Below are positions 38,389 to 50,249 of a stretch of DNA of 64,000 nt, one piece after another. The notes beneath the pieces are model-generated. The model saw only the letters and a list, made by a program, of their open reading frames with translations. It did no database searches and was not told where the DNA came from. The position numbers were made by a program, and so were the translations under genes. Source of the DNA: Felis catus (lineage: Eukaryota); the NCBI RefSeq assembly GCF_018350175.1, contig NC_058368.1, forward strand, positions 95,792,001 to 95,856,000, given 5' to 3'. Each line of letters opens with the position of its first letter. Within the stretch, counting starts at the first letter, position 1.

Positions 38389-38530
38389 TACCTTGAGAAG
38401 TCTTTAAGGAGGGAGAACTTTGCCAACATCATAGTAAGTATATTCTGTAATGACCTCCTCAATTTTTTTCAAAGAGATCTATAATCATTTACTCATGTGA
38501 ATACACCATGGAGGACAGGGCACCTAAATA

Positions 38531-39075
38531 CAGACATTTCTAGGACTTTTGGACATAGATTCTGAGTAGGCAGTGGTACCTACAGAACCAACCATCACCA
38601 CAGCCCTCCTGTTAGAGCAGAGGCATCAAGGAGCCAGATGATACATGGAGATCTGGCTCACTGTGACTACCCTGGGTCTACAGATGCATCATCCAGTGGT
38701 CATTTCTGTAATCCCTAAGTGCATAATTAAAAGTGATGGCTCTGGCATTGAGATCAACAATTCTGCCTCTAGTCTGTGGAAGCGCAGCTATTATTATGAG
38801 GATGGCCAACTGGAAACCTCTCCAACTATCTTCCCTGGATGATAGAGTAAGCAGAAAACAGTATGAAATCCGAGAGGGGATGGCAGAGATTAATGCCACA
38901 GCTAAAGACCTAAACACTGTAGAGCAGTGGTCCGTATCACATGTCTGTTTAATTAGGCAGTCTGACAGCTTTGGAATCTGCTGTACTCTGGAGAGTGATT
39001 GTAGATGACTGCTACAATCAGATGCTACTTGAGTAGCAGACATTAAAAGAACTTCTGGATCAAATCTTGTGTTTC
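38531..39075 (+). pseudogene. ERV-L protease and RT N-terminal remnant
   Basis: 38531-38566 reads QTFLGLLDIDSE (ERV-L QTFRGLLDTGSE); ORF 38733 has AIIMRMANWKPLQL..RKQYEIREGMAEINATAKDL (ERV-L AIMVGKAKWKPLEL..QKQYRIPGGIAEISATIKDL). Confidence 0.88.
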
Positions 39076-39076
39076 T

Positions 39077-40272
39077 TTTTTTTTTTTTTTAAGTCGAAGT
39101 ACAGTTGATATATAATAATGTATTTGTTTCAGGTGTACAATGTAATGATTCCACAACTGTGTACATTATGAAATGCTCACAGTCGTAAATGTAGTTACCA
39201 TCTGTCATCATATGAATTTATGACACTATGACGGACTGTGTTCTCTCTGCTGTACTTTTCATCCCCGTGGCTCATTTATTTTTATAATTGGAAGTTTGTG
39301 TGTCTTAATCCCCTTTACTTATTTCTCTTATCCCCCATATCACTCTTCTCTGGCAAGCATCAGTTTGTTCTCTGTGTTTATGAATCTGTTTGTATTTGTT
39401 TTGTTTTTGAGATGCCACGTATAATCATTAGCACAATACCTCACGTAGGTGTTACAACATGGATGTTGTCACAAAAGGCAAGGCCTCATTCTTTTTTTAT
39501 GGCTGGGTAATAGTGAATGTATACACCACATGTTCCCAATCCATTCATCTGTGGATGGACACTTACATTGTCTTTGAAGACAGATCTAGAAGAATATTGC
39601 TAAGACCGATGTCCAAGATATTACTACTGATGTTTTCTTTTAGGAGTTTTATGGTTTCAGGTCTTAAATGGGGGGCTTAATCCACTTAATTTATTTTTGG
39701 GTATGTTTTTAAAAAGTGGTCCAGTTTGTTTGTTTGTTTGTTTGTTTGTTTCTCTTTCTTTCTTTCTTTCTTTCTCTTTTTTCTTTGTTTCTTTCTTACG
39801 TGTGTATCCAGTTTTCCCAAGACCATTTATTGAAGAGTCTGTTTTCTCCATTGTATATTCTTGCTTCCTTCGTCATAGATTAAATGAACACATAGGCTTT
39901 CTATTAAGTTCCAGTTGATCTATATGTCTGTTTTTGTGCCAGTACCATCCCCATACTGTTTTAATTACTATAGCTTTGTAGTGTTGTTTGAAATCTGGGA
40001 CTATAATACCTTCTGCTTTGTTCTTTTTGAAGATTTCTTTGGCTATTCAGGGTCTTTGTGGTTCCATACAAATTTTAGGATTATGTATTCTAGTTCTTTA
40101 AAAAATACTATTGATATTTTGATAGGGAGTACATTGAATCTGTAGATTGCTTTGGGTAGTATGGACATGTCAACAGTGTTTTTTGAAACCTTGAGTGTAA
40201 TATATCTTTGCATTTATATGTGTCATCTGCAATTTCTTTCATCAGTGTCTTATAGTTTTCAGAGTATAGATC
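39077..40272 (-). mobile_element. L1 3' fragment inserted in the ERV-L RT
   Basis: Poly-T then L1 3' UTR (tttcaggtgtacaa..tgtagttaccatctgtca); antisense ORF2 (ccatttattgaagag, ttccatacaaattttagg, gattgctttgggtagtatggacat); minus ORF EKTDSSINGLGKTG. Confidence 0.93.
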
Positions 40273-40276
40273 TTAT

Positions 40277-40700
40277 CTGTTGAGCATATTAATTGTATCT
40301 TGGATACATTCTTTGTCAACATAGATGTAATACATGCATTCTTTTCCTTTCCGGCTACAAGGGGATCAGTATCCATTTGTAATGATATAAAACAAACACC
40401 AGTATTCACTGATGAGTTTACCTCAGAAGTATGTTGGGTCTCCTGCTCTTTGTTACAATATCATCTCAGTATATCTGGACTGCATGTATATCCCACCAAA
40501 AGTTATACAGATGCATTATCACATTGGTGATGTCATTCTGATGGGACAAAACGAGCAAGACATGACTGGAGAGCTGGAAGCATTGTTAAGACACATGCCC
40601 TCCCAAAGGATGAAACATGAATTTTATGAAGATTCAAGGAACATCCAAAGTAGTGAAATTGATAGCAGTCCATTGTTCAAGAGTGTAATTAGACATCATC
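40277..40700 (+). pseudogene. ERV-L reverse transcriptase remnant
   Basis: IDVIHAFFSFP (IDLANAFFSIP) and LPQKYVGSPALCYN..HIGDVILMG..EQDM..LEALLRHM (LPQGYINSPALCHN..YIDDIMLIG..EQEV..LDLLVRHL); catalytic YxDD motif lost. Confidence 0.9.
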
Positions 40701-40944
40701 TCCAAAGTAAAAGATACATTGCTACATCTTAAACCCTCTACCCCAAACAAAAGCCTTGTAATGCTTGGCATGCCTCTTTGGGCTCTAGAGCTCTTAATAG
40801 CAGGTGATCTGGAAGGCTGTCAGCCTTGTGTGGAGCCTGGATCAGGAAAGGGAACTGCAGTAATTCCAGCCTGTGGTGAAGCATTCCTGGCCACTCAGGT
40901 ATGTGATCCACCAGGCACTATGGTCTTAAAGGTGTAATTGGTCA

Positions 40945-41172
40945 GGGGTTCCCAGGTAGCTCTGTCGGTTAAGCGTCCGATTCATGATTTTGGCTCAGGT
41001 CATGATCTTACGGTTGGTGAGATCAAGCCCTGTGTCAAGCTCTGCACTGTCAGTGCAGAGCCTGCTTGGGATTCTCTCTCTCTCCCCCTCCCTCTCTCTC
41101 TGCCCCTCGCCCCACTCATACCTACTCTTATTCTCTCTCTATCTCTCAAAAATAAGTAAACATTAAAAAAAG
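40945..41172 (+). mobile_element. Can-SINE nested in ERV-L
   Basis: ggggttcccaggtagctctgtcggttaagcgtccga head; TSD aaaggtgtaattgg / aaagtgtaaatgg. Confidence 0.92.
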
Positions 41173-41969
41173 TGTAAATGGTGGGGTCTCTGGTGGCAAG
41201 CATTAGTAGGACACTCACAATACAGGTCCTGGAATCCTGGGATAAGAAGATGCCATTCAAAGCGAATAATTACATGCACTTTCAGGAATAGCTCTTGTCT
41301 TTACTGAGCTCTGGTGGAGATGAAATGCTTAACCATGGGCACAAAGTGAGCCTGCATCTATAACTTTTTACTATGATCTCCATTACATTGGACCCACTAA
41401 GCTAAAACTTTGGATGGGTCCAATATCAATCGGTCCATTGTAAGATGGAGATTTTTACATCGAAGGCTAAGTCCCCGCAAGATCAGAGGTCATGGCCAGA
41501 TCTGCATGCCACCTACTAAGAGTGCTCCTCACCTTGCTTTCAACTACAGCCATGTGGGAAATGCTGTATGATCAATGTTAGAAATGTCTAACATTAGTTT
41601 ATAGGTAGTTAAGCTGAGTTCCTCTGTGCAAGCCAAAGATGGACATTATCTACATTATAGCCACATGTAGGAGTGATCTTGAAAGACCATGGAGGGACAA
41701 GAAATACTCCCAGCAGTAATGCTATGAGCAGTGCACTAGGTTATACACTTTGTGTAAAAGGAGAGGTGGCTGAAGGTGAGAATATTTAGTATTCCTGGCT
41801 TTCTAACCTAGAAGATAAAGAACCGGAAGATTAGTGATAAGCAGGCATGGAATGTGGATAGACATATAGATGGGGCACAAAATGTGAAGAATTTCGTATC
41901 TCACTTTATTGGCAGGCACATTGAATAACTCAACCAGTTGACATCATGTGGAATTTGCCATTGCCTACC

Positions 41970-42420
41970 CCATAATTGGCATGATGGGAACATGAATATC
42001 TTGGCTGTAGTGGCACAGATCGAAGCTATGGAAAGGCCACACAGCATTTTCTCTTCCTTAGAAAGGCTGTTCCTGTTCCTACTTTCTTGGAATGTCAGTT
42101 TGTCAATAATGCAAAACAAAACAAACACTGAACCTCCAAGATGGCACCAGTTTTTGGGTAGACCAACTGGACACTTAGTAGAATTGACCCCATTGGGGGA
42201 TTCTAGAAGGGCCAGCTGCTCATCCTTACAGAGAAAGATAACTGTTTCAACTCTGGAATTGTCTTTTCTGCCTGCAAAACTTCGGCCACCATCACTGTCT
42301 GATAGCTTGTGGGCCTCATCCATACAGGCATGGATTCATAGACTCTAGCCTCTGTCTAGAGGACCTACTTAACACTGACGGAGGTTGAAAGTGGGCCATT
42401 AGCTTTTAAGAGGCAACCAG
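41970..42420 (+). pseudogene. ERV-L integrase remnant
   Basis: Frame from ~41976 reads A*WEHEYLGCSGTDRSYGKATQHFLFLRKA (ERV-L AQWAHEQSGHGGRDGGYAWAQQHGLPLTKA); further frameshifted core homology downstream. Confidence 0.75.
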
Positions 42421-43336
42421 CCACATAGAATGCTGGAGGGGCCCCCTGAAGATACAGCTGAAGGGCTCAGAGGAAAGATTTTTGAAATGATGGGGTGGTA
42501 TCTTTGAGGATGCAGTATATTTATTAAATCACAGGTGCCTCTAGTGCTATGTCGCCCAAAGGAAGGATATCTAGATCTAATATTCAGGATGAAAAGTAAA
42601 CCCTAAGTAGAGCTTAGCTCTCTGTATTCAGACTTCAGCCACCTGGTCGAGCTCCTTCACCCATTTCTAGGCAAAGGTTCCAAAAGACCTGCACAGTAAA
42701 GGCACACAAGGCAAAAAACTAATTTCTAGATAAAACGAACCAATACTATCACAAGTAAAAAAAAATATTCCTTTTCCTTTCATAACCCTTTGGCCACAGA
42801 TCATGCAGCCTTCGTAAAGAAGCGGCTGCTTAGATAATAACCTTTGGCCGTGATGCAACCATTTCATTACTGTGTCATCTCATAAAAAGCTCTGTGGAGC
42901 CATGTTATCTTTGGCATATCAGCTGTCTCAAAATTGTGGTAATATTCCAATGAGTCAACCGCACATACAAATACAGAAATCACCACTTTCTCCCTCCTTC
43001 CCCTCAAAGCCCAATTATTTCTAAAGCTTTTGCTCCATCTCTAGTCATTAAAGGCTGTGGCTTTGCCATATCTATTTGTGATCGTGTGACTCTTCAAAAA
43101 GAGCACTCTGGTGTTGCATACCAACTGAAGTATGAAACTATATGTACAGACATACACCCATATACACAGTCTTCATGAATCCCCTTGGTAACTCGTATGA
43201 TAGTAGCCTTCCTGTAGCCACATGAAGAGACCAGAAATTCAGGATCCACGTGATTGGTCTGAGTTCAGGACGGGATGCTTTTTCCTTCAGAATTCACCTC
43301 CAGGACCCAAGTTCAGTCTGTGTTTAATCACTGTAT

Positions 43337-43543
43337 GGGGCGCCTGGGTGGCGCAGTCGGTTAAGCATCCGACTTCAGCCAGGTCACGATCTCGCGGTCC
43401 GTGAGTTCGAGCCCCGCGTCTGGCTCTGGGCTGATGGCTCAGGGCCTGGAGCCTGTTTCCGATTCTGTGTCTCCCTCTCTCTCTGCCCCTCCCCCGTTCA
43501 TGCTCTGTCTCTCTCTGTCCCAAAAATAAATGTTGAAAAAAAA
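43337..43543 (+). mobile_element. Young SINEC_Fc
   Basis: ggggcgcctgggtggcgcagtcgg, gggctgatggctc, CpG-rich; TSD aatcactgta. Confidence 0.96.
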
Positions 43544-43669
43544 AATCACTGTAATTTTACTACTTGGTATGATGTTGTGATAAAATTGCACCATCCAGGG
43601 CCACCTATGGCAGGCACTGAAGGGAAGACCTTTTCAAACTCTAAACATCACATTACTAAGCACATAAGC

Positions 43670-43778
43670 ACAGATATTTATTTGGCGGGATGGGGTGGAG
43701 CCTGGATTTCTGCATTTCTAACCATGTTCCTAGGTGCTGTAGATAATGATGTTCTCTGAAACCCAATTTGAGTAGAAA
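43670..43778. mobile_element. MER5-like hAT fragment
   Basis: ggggtggagcctggatttctgcatttctaaccatgttcctaggtgctg..tttgagtag resembles the MER5A end. Confidence 0.6.
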
Positions 43779-43789
43779 GATCATAGTCT

Positions 43790-44270
43790 CTTAAGTATCC
43801 GACTAATATCCATTGGACGCTTTTCTCCTTATTAACAGAAAGGTGTTTTTTGGGTTTCTTTTTGTTTTTGTTTTGTTGTGCTCATGTTTTCCCTATTTGA
43901 ATCAAGGATAAGTCCTAATTGATAGAATTTGAAAATGATGGTTTCATTCCCCTTGCCAGTGATTGGCTGGAGACATCACATGAGAGTTGTGGCCAATGAG
44001 GTATGAAGGGAAATCTACAGGCTTCTGGAAAGATTTTCCACCTTTCAGGAAGAAACACTCAAGATCTCTTCTCTGCTTTCGTATGCTCTTATTACTGGGT
44101 ATGGTGACTGGAATTACTACAGTATCTTGGAAGGAAGTCAGCTCACAGAGAGGGTTAGAGTTGAGATAATTAGAGAAAACTCAAGCGGCATGTTGGTTGT
44201 CATGCCGTCTCTGGACTTGTCCTTATCTGGAATACTTGGCTATTGTGGAAGACAACTTAAGCCAGGCTTT
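43790..44270 (+). mobile_element. MaLR (MLT1-like) LTR
   Basis: cattccccttgccagtgattggc..tggccaatgaggtatgaagggaaatct..ggcttctggaaagattttcc..cttaagcca. Confidence 0.7.
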
Positions 44271-44608
44271 GAAAATTACCTTAACTACAGAGGAAAATTT
44301 GGAAATCAATGTAGTTCAACTCCGTGTCGTATATACCAGATTTATGTCTTTGGACATGTTTTGGTTTCCTCGTTTATAAGACAGAGATGATTATAAGAGT
44401 GACCACCATGTAAGATTATTGAGAATTTTAGGTAGGATGTTGCTCCTTAGCTGTTTATCATAGTGCCTTGTGTATATTACCTGTTCTGGAAACATGATAA
44501 GTGACTGTCCACTTTCTACTTGTGTACTGCTAGTGCCAGGGAACTCACTAACTTAATGTGACAGCCTTTTCTGTCATTGAGCACTCTCCCTTGTCCAAAG
44601 GGATGGAT

Positions 44609-44610
<2 letters not shown>

Positions 44611-44661
<51 letters not shown>

Positions 44662-44703
44662 TATATATATATGCATACACATATACATATATATACATAT
44701 ATA

Positions 44704-44757
<54 letters not shown>

Positions 44758-44778
44758 TATAGACACACACACACATAT
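44611..44778. repeat. (TA)n/(CA)n compound microsatellite
   Basis: Seen directly; produces the spurious YIYI ORFs. Confidence 0.97.
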
Positions 44779-45334
44779 TATTAAGCTAAAGATCCATTTC
44801 CCTTTTTTTTTTCAAGCCTTAATCCTAGCTTTGACCTCTGGAAGCACAAGAAATAGGTGTAACTCTCTTGTTCATGACCATCCACAAAGAATTTCCAAAT
44901 AGTTTTCATGACCCACTGCTATCTACTCTCTTTCCTGGCTCAACCTCCTCAGGCTTTTCAGCTGTTTCTCCTAGGTTATGGTCCTAGATCGTTTTTTGCC
45001 CCCCCCCACCCCCGTCGTTTTCTAGATCTTCTTCATTTTAGCAAAGATGACGTGCCTAATAGCACCTTTTTCTGCCCTAGCTCATAGTTCTGCTTCTAAC
45101 AGCAAAATCTCTGTGTTGTTTATATGCAGTTTTATATTGATTGGATTTAAATTTTCCAGTATCCTGGTCACATGCCTACTGTGTTTATTTGTTCTTGAGT
45201 GCTCTGCCTTAAATTGGATGTGTGCTGAGGGCAAATGTCATCTGTAGTTCAAGTGTATATTCCTGGTTTATCCATGATGATCATGTTTTATTCCTGATGT
45301 CTTGGCATATTTATTAACCCCTCCTTTAACTTGT

Positions 45335-45556
45335 GTTTTTTTTTTTAATTTTTTATGGTTTATTTTATTTTTGAGACAGAGAGAGACAGACCATGAGTGG
45401 GGGAGGAGCAGAGAGAGGGAGACACAGAATCCAAAGCAGGCTCCAGGCTCTGAGCTGTCAACACAGAGCCCAACGCAAGGCTTGAACCCACGAACCGTGA
45501 GATCATGACCTGAGCCAAAGTCGGACGCTTAACCAACTGAGCCACCCAGGTGCCCC
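45335..45556 (-). mobile_element. SINEC_Fc-type SINE
   Basis: Full body; lies in the tail of the next SINE. Confidence 0.94.
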
Positions 45557-45563
45557 GAAAGTG

Positions 45564-45765
45564 TTTTTTTTTAAAGTTTATTTATTTTGAGAGAAAAAGA
45601 GCATGAGCAGGGAAGGGCAGAGAGAGAGGGAGAGAGAATCTCAAGCAGACTCTATGCTGTCAGCACAGATCCCAATACGGAGCTTGAACTCATGAACCTT
45701 GAGTTCATGACCTGAGCTGAGATCAAGAGTCAGATGCTTAACTGACTAAGCCACCCAGGTGTCCC
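45564..45765 (-). mobile_element. Can-SINE
   Basis: gagatcaagagtcagatgcttaactgactaagccacccaggtgtccc. Confidence 0.93.
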
Positions 45766-45831
45766 TCCTTTTATTTTTAAAAGTACCTCTGTTTAGATGA
45801 TAAATTATATGGTTAAAAGCTGTACATAGAT

Positions 45832-46500
45832 TTTTATGTAACAATTGTTTTAAAGTTTTTATTGTCATTCCAGTTAGTTAACGTACAGTGTAATATTAGT
45901 TTTAGGTGTACAATATAGTGATTCCACAATTCCATGCATCACCTGGTGCTCATCACAAAAAGTGCCCTCCCTCCCCATCACCTATTTTACCCATCCCCCA
46001 CCCACCTCCCCTCTGGTAACCCTCAGTTTGTTCTCTACAATGAAGAGTCTGTAGAAAACAATATGGAGGTTCCTCAAAGAGTTAAAACAAAACAAAAAAA
46101 CAACAGAACTACCCACCATCTAGCAATCGCACTGCTGGGTATTCACCCAAAGAACACAAGAACACTTATTCAAAGAGATACATGCATATTTACTCAAAGG
46201 AAACGCCCCTGTGTTTATGGCAACATTATTTATAATAACCAGGATCTGGAAGCAGCCCAAGTGTCCATTATTTGATGATTGGATAAAGAAGAGGCAGTGT
46301 ATATGTAAGTAGATACATACACAATGGAATATTACTCAGCCATAGCAAGTGAAATCTTGCCATTTGCAACAGCGTGGATGCAGCTGGAGAGTGTAATGCT
46401 AAGTGAAATAAGTCAGAGAAGGATAAACACCATATGATCTCACTTATGTGGAATTTAAGAAACAAAACAAACAAGCAAAGGGAAAAAGACACAAGTCAAG
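45832..46500 (-). mobile_element. L1 3' fragment with 5' inversion (twin priming)
   Basis: Minus-strand 3' UTR 45832-46050, plus-strand ORF2-end/3' UTR 46049-46500; TSD aagctgtacatagat at 45817 and 46501. Confidence 0.92.
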
Positions 46501-46815
46501 AAGCTGTACATAGATGTTTAGCCAGGGCTTTGTAACTGATCCATCAAAAGACTATTGACTTTGGATCAAAGACTGAAGTTTCACACCTTTAGATGATCTG
46601 TCATTTATGGAGCAGCTAATATGGATTAGCAGCTCTGGTATTTTCTGATAAATTTCCTGTTTTACCAAGTACAGGTTCCAAACCCCATCAGAATTTATTT
46701 ACTTTTCCAGAAAATCAGTTCAATTTTTTTTTTTCTCTTCTGTTGAATAGTAAGCTATCCTAACATCACTTCGGGCTTGTGACGATGAATGTGGGTATCT
46801 TTATGACTCATTCCT

Positions 46816-47051
46816 TTTTTTTTTTTATATTTAAAAAAAATTGTTTTTAACGTTTATTTATTTTTGAGACAGAGAGAGACAGAGCATGAACGGGGGAGGG
46901 TCAGAGAGAGAGGGAGACACAGAACCTGAAACAGGCTCCAGGCTCTGAGCAGTCAGCACAGAGCCCGACGCGGGGCTCGAACTCACATACCGCGAGATCG
47001 TGACCTGAGCCGAAGTCGGACGCTTAACCGACTGAGCCACCCAGGCGCCCC
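46816..47051 (-). mobile_element. Young SINEC_Fc-type SINE
   Basis: CpG-rich body; perfect TSD tatgactcattccttt. Confidence 0.96.
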
Positions 47052-47994
47052 TATGACTCATTCCTTTCACCCAGGTAATGATTACAGTAGTCTGGAAAAA
47101 AAAAAAAAGTACAACTGGGGACTAATAAAGGATATTTATTAGTCAAAGGAAAACTTTCTCCTCAGTGTTAATTGCTGAATATACCATAAACTACGAAGAA
47201 AACCCTATTTTTGGTAAAGCATCCCACTTAATGTTATCCAGCTGGCATTGGTGTCTCTGATGGAACATGAAGTTCCAGAAAACTTTACAACAGGCTTAAG
47301 CTGTCAACTTCATGGAAATGAAAAGTGTCAAGTTGAATTCCATTCTGAGCCGTGCAGAAAGGTGAGTGCTCACTTTGAATGCTGTTAGGTACGGTGCCCT
47401 TAACAGCCACCAGCTTTCTGCCCTGAATGAACGAAGCGACTATGTTACCATGAGACTTCCGCCCTTGAAAAGGGCAGAAAGTTGTACGTGTAAGTGGGTA
47501 TCTGGCCTCAGCAATAAATATCCAGTAAACGGGGAAATGATGCATCTTTAATTTACTCTCGGCAAAAGATAGAACTTTGTTTTGGGTTTTTGGTTTTTGT
47601 CTTCTGCTTCCCCAGTATTCAAAATTGTGTAATAGAAATGGGTTTTCTCCTTTGAGGCATGTAACAGAATGGAAATGGAGATTGTGAAAAACAAATTCTC
47701 ATTAGTAATTGGAACACATATCGAATATTCTTCCATGTAATTAAGAGCTACGACACTGATTTCGATTCTGTATGGTTAACCAGAAATGGTCAGCAAACCA
47801 CATTGATTAATTAGTTGCTTTCTTGTCATTAAAATTGGCTTTTAGAAATATGATCGTAACAATTTTATTTTGGCTTCATTTTAGTAGGTGACTGCATTCC
47901 AAAAGTTGCCCAGTGAATAGATCCCATTTTACTTTTAGGTTTGGCAGAGACATTTGCATTAGGAAGGAAAACCTTCAGCATTCCCATCAAGGCT

Positions 47995-48027
<33 letters not shown>

Positions 48028-48696
48028 TGCCCCTGTCCCTGCTGCCCTGCTGTGCTTGCCACGGGGATAGTACAACTAAACCACGTGAACTTTTATCTGA
48101 TATTCAGGAGAATTGGAGTAGAAATTAAGCATTATCCTGGCTCTGGGTAAACTCTCTGATCCCGGAAGATGAGATGGTGTGTGATTCCATGAAGCAGGGT
48201 TCCAACATCCACAGAGTTTTTAAGGGAGCAGATAACATGAGCAAACAAAAAGGCTGTGTGGTTGTCAACAGCCTTACCATAGCATCACCCACCGGGTGCA
48301 GTGAGCTCACATATTTGAAGGTTTGCAAAAAAAAAAAAAAATTGGCAAATGCGTGGGGACTTTTCATGGAGCTTTGTCAATATCTAAACAAGAAACGTGA
48401 AGAAAAGACATGTGTTGATTTCCAGGTGATTGGGGCTTGGGAAATGGTCAGTCCTGGTCCTACTCGTAGGGGACAGGCACGGCACTGGCTTTTTTTCTGG
48501 GAGGGCAGTTTCCACTAACTGTTGGGAATAAACATTTGGTGCTGGAGCTGCCGGCAGTAGGAAAGCGCTCCAACTGCTAGGCAGAGCAGGGCAGTAGAAT
48601 TGTAGGGTGGGCAATACAAACTAGGAGCTTAGAGAAAGATCTGGTTTAAGTAGAATGGATTTGAAATGATAGCTTTAGCTGTTTCATCTACAAGCA

Positions 48697-48843
48697 TTAC
48701 TTTCTAACCTCTCTGAGTCATAGTTTTGTCATTTCACAAAATGCTGATAATAGAATCTGCTGCATAAAGTGGTGGTGCAGATTAATTGAATCATGTATGT
48801 AAAGCCCTAGGATCCTGCCTGGCTCAGTGCTTAATAAATGGCA
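48697..48843 (+). mobile_element. MIR
   Basis: taacctctctgagtcatagttttgtcatttcacaaaatg..gattaattgaatcatgtatgtaaagc..tgcctggc..gtgcttaataaatgg. Confidence 0.75.
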
Positions 48844-48962
48844 ATTCTCTTCAGCTCCCAAGGAAGGATATTGCTCAGGGCAACACAGCGTCCTCGTCAT
48901 CAAATGTGAGTAAATTAATCTAAAAACCCAAGCCGTTCAAATCTCTTAGAATAGAATACTGC

Positions 48963-49137
48963 TGGGGCCAGCTATGTCATTTACGAGGTTAGGTGCAAAA
49001 TGAAAATGCAGGGCTCCTTGTTTCATAGATTTAGATTTTCGAGACCCTTAGGACAGAGTCAAACCAAAAGTGGCATAGTTGTAAGCGTGGGGTCTGGGGC
49101 ACCGGCTCAATTCACATGCCAATGAAGCTGATCTTGG
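48963..49137. mobile_element. MER45A-like hAT-Tip100 DNA transposon
   Basis: gtgcaaaatgaaaatgcagggctccttgtt and terminal cacatgccaatgaagctgatcttg match the reverse of MER45A as I recall it. Confidence 0.75.
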
Positions 49138-49301
49138 CTCTGCAACTATTCTCTCTAACTGTTCTCCCTGCATTCAACCTTACTCATCTAGAATGCGCTC
49201 TTCCCACAGCAGATGGGGTGAACGTCTCAATTCATAACATAGACCCTGTGACAACATGCTTTAGCCGTAAACTGAGAAACAGTATAACGTAACGAAAAGC
49301 C

Positions 49302-49543
49302 ACATAGCACAGTGGTGAAGTGGGTGGGTCCTGAAGCTAGACATTCCTCTCTTTGCTGTTTTGGTCTCACCTGCGGTCCTTCAGCAAATTACTGAAACTC
49401 AGTTGACTGTGTTAAAACACGGGCAGGATAATAAATACCTACCCACATAGGGCTATTGTAAGGATTAAGTGAAATAACTCTAGTGAAGCATTTGGAATAT
49501 TGTTGGCTACACAGAAACCGCCTTGATAGATACTAGCTACTAT
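49302..49543 (+). mobile_element. MIR
   Basis: atagcacagtggtgaag..gcaaattact..ataataaatacctacccacatagggctattgtaaggattaagtga. Confidence 0.8.
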
Positions 49544-49729
49544 TTTCTGAAGCAGAACTCTACTTTCAGGATGATATTAATGGCCCACCAGCCTGTCTGC
49601 CATCTGCGAATATCCCCCCCCCCCTTTAAGCTTATCTCCTTCTGCTGTTCTCTTCTCTTTTCTCATGACCCGTGAGACACCCTCATTGTGTCCTTTTGTT
49701 TTCTAGTTCCTCAGCTTCTTCAATCTTTT

Positions 49730-50179
49730 GTTGTTGTTGTTGTTGTTAAGTTTATTTTTTTGGGGGGAAGGAGTGAGAGAGGCGGGGGGGGGGGTTGGGG
49801 AGCGCAAGCAGACAGAATCCCAAGCAGGCTCTGTGCGGTCAGCGCAGAGCCTGATGTGGGGCCCAATCTCATGACCCCGCAATCATGACCCGAACCAACA
49901 TCAAGAATCAGTTGCTTAATTGGGGCACTTGGGTGGCTCAGTCGGTTGAGCGTCCGACTTCAGCCCGGGTCACGATCTCGCGGTCTGTGAGTTCGAGCCC
50001 CACGTTGGGCTCTGGGCTGATGGCTCAGAGCCTGGAGCCTGCTTTGGATTCTGTGTCTCCCTCTCTTTCTGCCCCTCCCCCATTCATGCTCTGTCTCTCT
50101 CTGTCTCAAAAATAAATGAACGTTAAAAAAAAAAGAAAAAGAATCAGTTGCTTAACCAACTGAGCCGCCCAGATGCCCC
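49730..50179 (-). mobile_element. Can-SINE interrupted by a plus-strand SINE
   Basis: Body 49800-49920 resumes at ~50155 (ccaactgagccgcccagatgcccc). Confidence 0.9.
49922..50136 (+). mobile_element. SINEC_Fc (nested)
   Basis: Full body; perfect TSD aagaatcagttgcttaa. Confidence 0.95.
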
Positions 50180-50249
50180 ACTTCAGCCTTTTATTTCTTT
50201 TTTTAAATACTGCAGGGTGTTTGCTGTTGTCTCTACCTAAAATGCATAG

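Larger units (their letters stand above)
36921..42600 (+). mobile_element. Decayed ERV-L internal region (gag-pro-pol; ERV3-16A3-like), interrupted by an L1 and SINEs
   Basis: Collinear ERV-L homology: gag-like gggaccactgtcctgggactctggatttaatgt (~37445), protease, RT and integrase remnants; many stops and frameshifts. Confidence 0.88.

Noticed and set aside
40412..40732. Possible functional or domesticated reverse transcriptase
   Set aside because: YxDD is degraded to HIGD, the frame is broken on both sides, and the domain is split by an L1 insertion.
44516..44902. Overlapping YIYIYI/CVCV ORFs (also at 11355 and 25849)
   Set aside because: Stop-free reading of (TA)n/(CA)n microsatellites.
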